From: Octopus vulgaris
Taxonomy: Eukaryota
Assembly: GCA_951406725.2 (NCBI GenBank)
Contig: OX597823.1
Location: forward strand, 52,886,001-52,950,000
Length of the DNA stretch: 64,000 nt
Direction of reading: 5' to 3'
Below, in pieces: positions 56,404 to 64,000 of this stretch (position 1 is the stretch's first letter; every line of letters starts with the position of its first letter). The translations under genes were made by a program, and so were the position numbers. The notes beneath the pieces were generated by a model. The model did not search any database and was not told where the DNA came from. It saw nothing but the letters and a program-made list of their open reading frames with translations.

Positions 56404-57162
56404 AGCCACAAGCTGGAAATAGATGCCAAAGATCCTAAGCTACTTTATCAAATACTAGAAGTATCGCCCGGCGTTGCTCGGGTTTGTTTCGACCCTTTAG
56501 AATTGGAATTTTTGAAGAATAAAAATTTTGCATTATGTAACTTATTCTCTTTAAGTGAACATTTTTCTGGTTGAAATACACTGAAAAATGGCGACACAGC
56601 ATTCAAAGAATCGTAAAAAATAGAGATATTCATAGAAAAAAAAGCACCTTTTTTATGTAAATAATTTTTGGTGTTAACATGGTCCGATTTGAATTCTTTT
56701 CTTCTACGGAATGAAGAGCAAGCCGTCTTCTATCATACTCTCAATTTCAGTCAACTTGCGCCGCAGGTTTCGGAGGAGATAGTGTTAGTTGAAAGCTACC
56801 AAACCTGCCATGCACAGACAACTTCAGCTTTATATATATAGATACATATGTGCTGAAATCGAAGAAATGAAGAAAGAAAATATTTTTGGAAAAGTCATAT
56901 ATCGAAACGATTTCAAGGTTAGCTTGGTAATACACTCTTCGCTTATCAGTATGTCTGTAGCTGAATACATACTTACATGTGTAATCTTGCATGCATGACG
57001 AAAGGTGAGTGTATTACCACGGTGACCTTGAAATCATTTCGATATATGACTAAGCTTTTTGAAAAAAAAAAGGTTTTCCTTGTCCATTCTCTCAATTTCA
57101 GCTCGTGCGTATATTTGATAAAGTAGCTTAGGACCTTTGACGTTTATTTCCAGCGTGTGGCT
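56404..57162. mobile_element. Foldback/MITE-like element with long inverted arms, left arm interrupted by a Helitron
   Basis: agccac..ctggaaata..gatcctaagctactttatcaaata|tac...gtcatatatcgaaacgatttcaagg..tggtaatacactc is inverted at 57007-57162. Confidence 0.8.
56455..56842 (-). mobile_element. Non-autonomous Helitron, 388 bp
   Basis: Minus strand 5' TCTATATATATAAAGCTG; 3' hairpin cccgagcaacgccggg + CTAG; inserted between A and T with no TSD. Confidence 0.9.
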
Positions 57163-57282
57163 TTACTTCTCGTAACTACCCTTACTATGATATTGTATTT
57201 ATAAAATTATATACCTCGTATTAATTTTTACCTTAATTGGTTTTACTCGCTGGCTTCTTGATAAAATCTTATAAAGAGTATA

Positions 57283-57710
57283 ACAGACCGGACTTAGTGG
57301 TGGTGGACAAGGTGCAGCACATATGCTATGTAGTTGACGTTGCATGCCTTTTTGACCCACGAATAAGCAAGAAGGAAGGCGAAAAATAGATAAATACAAC
57401 CATCTTAAGTACGAAATTCCCCGTCTATGGAAACTGAAAGAGTGTGAAGATAGTGCTAATTATTGTTGGGTCCTTGGGAACAGTATCAGAAGGCATCAAG
57501 AGGAATATAAAGGAAATCGAAATAGAGTGACCAGTAGAACCGTTACAAAAGGTTTACCTCCTTGGCACGGCCAGAATAATCAGGAAAGTATTAGATAGCT
57601 GAAAAGAACGAATAGCATGGTACCGTAGGCTGCAAATAGTAGGCCCGCTACACATGCAAGCCTCCAGGAGCTCCAACAAAACATATGATAAAGAGGAATT
57701 AATAGCAATA
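57283..57710 (+). mobile_element. R4/Dong-like LINE 3' fragment (same subfamily as 18191-19423)
   Basis: RPDLVVVDK..., KIDKYNHLKYEI, LLGTARIIRKVLDS*; shared 3' UTR cccgctacacatgcaag..ccaggagctccaacaaaac. Confidence 0.85.
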
Positions 57711-57888
57711 AATAAATATCTTTTTATTATCTTATATGACCGATATAAGAACTGCATATAGTGTATATGGTCTAGAAAACACTAAAGAAATTCTGTGTAC
57801 GTCATAGAGCTCTATGAAACATAATTCATATGGCATCGATAGCACTATGTCTTGGAGGGATTTCTGATGTTTTCAACTTATTGTAATG

Positions 57889-58118
57889 TTGCGAGCTGAC
57901 AGAATCGTTAGCACGCCAGGCGAAATGCTTGGCGGTATTTCGTCTGCCGCTACGTTCTGAGTTCAAATTCCGCCGAGGTCGACTTTGCCTTTCATCCTTT
58001 CAGGGTCGATTAAATAAGTACCAGTTACGCACTGGGCTCAGTATAATCGACTTAATCCCTTTGTCTGTCCTTCTTTGTCCCTTCTGTGTTTAGCCCCTTG
58101 TGGGTAGTAAAGAAAAAT
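57889..58118 (+). mobile_element. SINE family B, near full length
   Basis: gcgagctgacagaatcgttagcacgcc...gtcgactttgcctttcatcctttcagggtcgattaaataagtaccag...tgtgggtagtaaagaaa. Confidence 0.88.
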
Positions 58119-58992
58119 ATATTGTTATTTTTGAATTCATTTCCAGACACATTTTCAAAAAAAAAGCTTTAATATTTCTCGATGCTTCAATTTACGTTTT
58201 AAATATAAAGATACATTTTATAAGTTTATTTAACTTCTCAAGTAAAAAAGAATTAAAAACTATACTGCAAAATCATACCTGTCGTTGATAACAGTTGAAC
58301 TTGATTTGGTAAAGGTAGATTTATAGCAGGAAGTAATTCTTAGTAATTTTTAGCAATTAGAGGTATGATCATCTGCTGGTCCTTCAATCCCATCGTAGAA
58401 ACCTGAGATCAAGGAAAATTATTACTTAGCATTAGTTCGGGTCATATTTATTTAAGATAATCGACAAATAAATATATCCTTAAGAAATATAAAACTGCAA
58501 TAGCGAAGTCAAAAGAGCAGAAAAGGTTATCGAATCGACTCAACTAAAAAGAGAATAAAAACTATAGTATAAATATACAAACAAACTATCACTCTTCATA
58601 TAGCGAAAAGAAAAAGTTATAATTAAAATGTAAGGGTAGACCAGCACGTGGGAACAGCCAAGAGAAAAAGATAAATGAAATGAGCTTACGCCTAAGAGAT
58701 GTGTTGGGACAAATTGACTCAAAGTACGAGTCGAATTTGAGTTGTTTATGTGCTAAAGTCAATTCTTAATAATTTATATCCTTAAGATCCTAAGGTGTTT
58801 CTGTTGACGATATATTGTTACAAAGTGTTTCAATAGTTTTTCGTATAAGAGAATGTTTAGTTTGCTTAGCCATGTTTCATTTTCTTCAACATCTTTATGA
58901 TCTCTGTTGTCGCCAATGAGAATTTCTCCATTATTGATATTATTTACATTATTTGCATTCGACGGATATTTGTCCTCATCTTGTTTGTTGTT

Positions 58993-59038
58993 AACACAAC
59001 GTTTCGGCTGATATACCCTCCAGCCTTCTTCAGGTGTC
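58993..59038 (-). ncRNA. Minimal hammerhead ribozyme, family 1
   Basis: gacac-CTGAAGA-A-GGCTG-loop-CAGCC-GAAA-CG-TT-gtgtt. Confidence 0.8.
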
Positions 59039-59091
59039 TTGGAGAAATTTCGAACCTTAGGAATGAGAACCCAGGTTCGAAATTTCCTCAA

Positions 59092-59137
59092 GACACCTGA
59101 AGAAGGCTGGAGGGTATATCAGCCGAAACGTTGTGTT
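59092..59137 (+). ncRNA. Minimal hammerhead ribozyme, family 1
   Basis: gacac-CTGAAGA-A-GGCTG-loop-CAGCC-GAAA-CG-TT-gtgtt; 5-bp stem I including one G.U. Confidence 0.8.
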
Positions 59138-59461
59138 AACAAAAAACAAGATGAGGACAAATATCCGTCGAATGTGAATAATGTAAATAATGTAAATAAT
59201 GTACATAATTCCTCATCTCTTAAAATATATAACTCAGAATTTCTCCGCTATTTTTTCTTTCGGTAACACTTAATGTCCAGGGTTACCTCTGATGTCTGTT
59301 TATCAGGTTCTTGCGCCGTCTTCTTTGACATCTATTTCGCCTGTCTTCTTTCTGAAATATATAATGAAAATCACATATCTCGAACCCTTTAAAATCTTAT
59401 TCTACGAGCACTTTGTCCAGAACTGTTTTTGTCTTTTCTTTTTCAAGCATTGCCTACACTG

Positions 59462-59872
59462 GTCATCATCATTCATCATTGTTCGACCGTGGTCGAGACA
59501 ATGGAATTTACCATGCTACGCCAGACTTCACAGTCCATCATGGCATTACGGAGGTCCTGTTGCTGGATGCCTGTATCCCTGGAGATTACATCAGAGTAGG
59601 AGAGTGTGCGCCCTCTGGTATTGCGAGTAGATGGCTTCCAGAGGAGGAGAGTAGAAATTACTTCTTTTTCAGCTCTACAACAATGTCCAGCAAACTGGAC
59701 TCTCCTACCTTTCACAAGAGATGACACAGGTGGTAGTTTCCCATATATTTGCATTTTGGTTGGATGGCGCTTCCACGAGAGATTTTGAGCTCTCATAAGG
59801 AGGCGAGTGTAGGTTCCATCCAACCGCCTCTCAAGCTTCTTTGATAGCATCCAGGTTTCTGAGCCATATAGT
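59462..59872 (-). mobile_element. RTE-clade LINE 3' fragment
   Basis: LYGSETWML..RLDGTYTRLLM..SWKRH..RRVQFAGHCCR..WR; short (tga)n tail. Confidence 0.85.
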
Positions 59873-61521
59873 CAATGCTTGGTAGTCAATGCTGGTAGTC
59901 AATGCTTGGAAGACAGTGCTTCCACGAAGTTACTAAATTTAAGATTGCAGACTTAATGTTGTGTGAGTCTCTTGACGTTATTCTGAGTTCTCTGTCATCG
60001 TGTCTTTGCGAAGATCACCATTGTTATGACCACGAACCTTTCGTTCAAATATTTTTGTTGGTTACAATTATATCTTGACCCATTGGCTGGAAGGTAAATA
60101 TAATAGTGAGTTACAAGAATATGCACCCTATTTCACTATCATAACTGACAATTTGGTGAAACCTGGGTGAGCAGGTGTGCAACATCAAAAATTAATGCCA
60201 TCCCCAAATCACCAGCAGAAATTTGAAGACATTTCTGGAATTTAAGCACTGCAGGCATAAAATGCCAACGAAAAAAGACATTAAAAATATGCTTGTTGAC
60301 GCAAGATATTATTGAAATGGTGATAATATACTGATACGCTAGTGTGTCATGTATTTGAAAAGTGGCAGACGTGCTGGTCGTTTATCACCAATAACTTTGA
60401 AAGATTCATACCGTCTGCATTTGCACTACACATATCTGACAAATGTTCCTCACTTAAATTACCAAAAGTATTGGTTTCGTTCTTAAAAGTCCGAGTATTC
60501 CAGGTTAGGTACCATCTATACAACCCTGTTTATTTCCATCGCATACTTTGAAAATCGGGAGCCTTTACATTAGTATCATTTAACCTTTTCCTGCAAGGTC
60601 TGAATTCTTCGAATGTTTTGCTTCCGCTTCACCACGGGCAATTTTATGATTCATTTTCATAGCGATTTCTAAAATGCTATAACTACCTGTCACTAGCTCT
60701 GAAATATTTGCTTAGTTATCTTGGTTGTAGCACTTAGAGTGTCCGACATTGTTGCCACACGATAGTTAATGAATAAGCTGCCTCATTACAGCTTCCTCCA
60801 AATTTGTGTATTTTGCAACACTCATTCCGTTCATTACACCAACAACGCAACGAACGGGTACAGTCAATTTAGATTTTGCATCAATGATATATATTTTTGC
60901 GTATGTTCCGTACTGTTCCTAAAACCCCCGTTACCGAAGCACCAGACTCTAACTGGCTTACAAGTTCACATTTTACGTTCACAGGATTACGTGACTTTTT
61001 TCTTTAGACTTTTACTTTCCAGTGAAGCCAGGATATAAAATACAACGTTGAAAGAGATGCCTAATTCAAGCCAATGACAAGCAATTTGGACAGGGCATTA
61101 GAATTCACCATCCACTAAATATTTTAATATACGAGACAAAAATAAATGTTGTGTCCTAAACCCAAGGACTGGTAATTAAATGTGTTAAATTCTAACTGAT
61201 AAGAATATATCCATTTATATATTTTTCTAAACATAAATCCCTATACATAGGCGCATGTGTTGCTGTATAGTAAACGTCGAGCGGGCGTATGTGTGCATAT
61301 ATTTATACATATGTGTGTGTGTACATATAAGTGTGTGTATGTATGTGTGCGTGCATGTATGTCACTATGCATGTGTGAACGTATATTTGTATTATTGTGT
61401 TTTCCCTACCACTGCCTTACAACCGGTGTCAGTTTGTTTACGTCCCCATTTCTTATCGGTTCGGTAAAAGTGACTATTAGAGTAACTACCATGCTTTTAA
61501 AAAATTCATCTGGCCGCACGC

Positions 61522-61576
<55 letters not shown>

Positions 61577-61659
61577 AGGAACACATACACAGAAGACAGG
61601 GACACGCTTAACAGTTATCGACCAAAAACCATTACAATTCCGCGTCATTATATATATAC

Positions 61660-61716
<57 letters not shown>

Positions 61717-61743
61717 TAGATAGATAGATAGATAGATAGATAT

Positions 61744-61826
<83 letters not shown>

Positions 61827-62009
61827 TAGATATACATATATACATATAAACATTATTACTGTAGCCACAAGGCGTGGAACATTGGGTGAAGATCAAGTCG
61901 AGTACATCCACCCTAGAATACAACTTATTTTACTAGTTTCATAGACCCCGAAAAGATGAAGGACAAAGTTGACTTCAGGGGAATTTGAACACAGTATAGG
62001 CGGACGAAA

Positions 62010-63545
62010 GCCCACCGCCTTGAAGATACGAAAACAATAACATAAATACTAGGATATCTAGACAATGTAGTAACCAAACTAGAAGAACCCAAAGCCTCCC
62101 TTCCTCAAGACAGAAAATCTCACAGAACCTAGGACCCCAACAGACACAAATAAACAAGAATTATCAAGAATTATGAGTCAAAGAACAATCTCAAGCAGAA
62201 CGAACCACAGTCTCAGGACCTAAGAACGAACACAACTACTACAGAAAATATGATAAAAACTAAGAAATTTTGAACGACTACACAAACATTAACAGAATGA
62301 GAATGTTGAAAGATGTAGCTCGCTTCTACAGAATTCTTGACAGAAAGCAATACAAACCTATGCGAGTATTTGGAGATAATCACCTTCATGAAAAAAAAAA
62401 CTTTCAACTCAATAAAATTTAAGCCCACTCGAAATTCGCTCCAGTATAACAATAATAGTTTAATTCAGGTATATGAATCACGTGGCCCTCGGGCCGCATG
62501 CAGCCCTTTTTCAAACACAAGTGCGACCCTCGAATGGCGTGGCTAGAGGTTTAAAAATAGAGAAGCCCCAAAATTTTTAATAATTAAAATGATAATATTT
62601 TAATTAATAAAAATAGGATTATTCATGAGCAAATAAAATATTTTTAAAACGTGTTTACTTGATAATAATGGATTGATTTGACGGAAATCTTTGCCGTAAA
62701 TATATGTTTACAAATATGCAGTCCCTATGGCCACATACATGCGAATAATGCGGCCCGTATTGAATCTGCAGTTTGATATGACAGCTTTAGCCTCAATGAA
62801 AAGCAGAAGAATATCTGTAGTGAATTACATCTAACAGGAGAATTATTTGTCAGGGAAGACAATGAAGAATCAGTTGTAAGAAATAAAAGCGACAATTCAA
62901 CCAATGTTAAGAACAAAACATCAGACTAATTTTTTGATTTTATATCCAACTTCCCATATCGTGAACACCCATATTATATAACTAACTCTACCACTCATCG
63001 AAAGGTACTTGAAATAATCGGCGAACTCAAAGGCCATATTGTAATTAAAGAAACAGATAAGAAAAGTGCAGTAGTTACTATGGATAATGAACACAACCAA
63101 AGGATATCACCAAATATGAAATGATAAACAATTACCGAATATCAGAAGCAATGAAGAAATTTAGCGTCTCTACTCACCGACACTGAAAGCATTCGACAAA
63201 AAAAAAGAAAGAGAGAGAGATGCGACTGCTTGACGAACTTTGAATGCAAAACACTTCACATATTTATCAGAAAATATAACTTATGCTATTAAATATAATG
63301 GTTGTAATGAAAATTTCATAGAACAATCCAAACATAAGAAACAGACTTAGCATTCATAAGTAATAAATAAGAGGTCCTAATACCAGGCAGATTTCACTTA
63401 GTGAACATTTTGACATTTAGACAAACAAATCAGCGACATTCCAAGTCTTTCTATTTTACTTTTGCTTTAACGAAACTACAGATTAAATACTGACAAAAAT
63501 AAAGAAAATTATGTTTATTATAAAACCAAGACTAAATAGTCTATA
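62010..63545 (+). mobile_element. Highly degraded Penelope-like fragment (second family)
   Basis: IVIKETDKKSAVVTMD (~63040-63087) and GIY-YIG-like remnant C..CNENFIEQ..RLSIH..SEHF..KPRLN (~63290-63540). Confidence 0.5.
62465..62786. mobile_element. hAT-like MITE inside the PLE relic
   Basis: gtggccctcgggccgcatgcagccc and gcggcccg...gtttga subterminal motifs. Confidence 0.45.
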
Positions 63546-64000
63546 ACGGGATACTGGATAGAGGTATACTATCTCAGTTCACATTTTCACATAGAAACGC
63601 ATAAACACATACACGAAAAAGTAAGCTATTTCTTTATATTTGACAACCTGGTGTTCATAGTATACATTCACTGGATTAGTAAAAACTTAGATTTTAGTGC
63701 AAATTATCGCACACACTGTCACGTGACCCATTACGCGGACACAACGCGCAAATATTTGTAAATATTTCCAGTAATGAATCTTTACGTCATCTGCAAAGAA
63801 ACTATGAGTTACGTCGACTCCCTCGCATATAAATACCGGAATTTTATTAAAGATATGACGAAAGAGTTGCTGCCAAAATAGACAGACTCACATGCTGTCT
63901 TTTTGCAACTTTCTTTAAAAAAAAGTTATAACATAACAGAGGCAATTGTTCTGCTTTCAGCTATAAGTGTCATTGTTATTGGACGGGTTTGCATGAGCTT

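Larger units (their letters stand above)
58930..59235 (+). mobile_element. Penelope pLTR insertion with inverted 5' copy and 11-bp TSD
   Basis: TSD agaatttctcc at 58919-58929 and 59236-59246; arms ~58938-59057 and ~59073-59192 are inverted. Confidence 0.85.

Noticed and set aside
60585-60670. Possible minus-strand host exon (ag|EIAMKMNHKIARGEAEAKHSKNSDLAGK|gt)
   Set aside because: Weak splice signals and no recognisable homology; expected by chance

Overview
Eukaryotic, extremely repeat-rich DNA (intergenic or intronic). The SINE and microsatellite repertoire suggests an octopus or other cephalopod genome (inference). I can support no host protein-coding gene; almost all predicted ORFs are microsatellite translations. 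Contents: dozens of tRNA-derived SINEs of about three families, a decayed hAT transposon with TIRs and a degenerate TSD, a Rep-less Helitron with a long PIF1-like helicase ORF, and a 388-bp non-autonomous Helitron nested in a foldback element. There is also a long-TIR DNA transposon relic, five R4/Dong-like RLE LINEs (four anchored in (TAA)n), Penelope-like elements (PLEs), and RTE, CR1, mariner and Tc1 fragments. The most interesting signal is a set of minimal type-I hammerhead ribozymes (HHRs) in PLE termini. One HHR family sits downstream of a tRNA-like Pol III head. That 270-bp tRNA-head + (AAT)n + HHR unit also occurs alone with a 14-bp TSD, making it a candidate Penelope-mobilised, Pol III-driven ribozyme SINE (retrozyme-like). 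All coordinates were read by eye; family names come from recalled motifs, not database searches.
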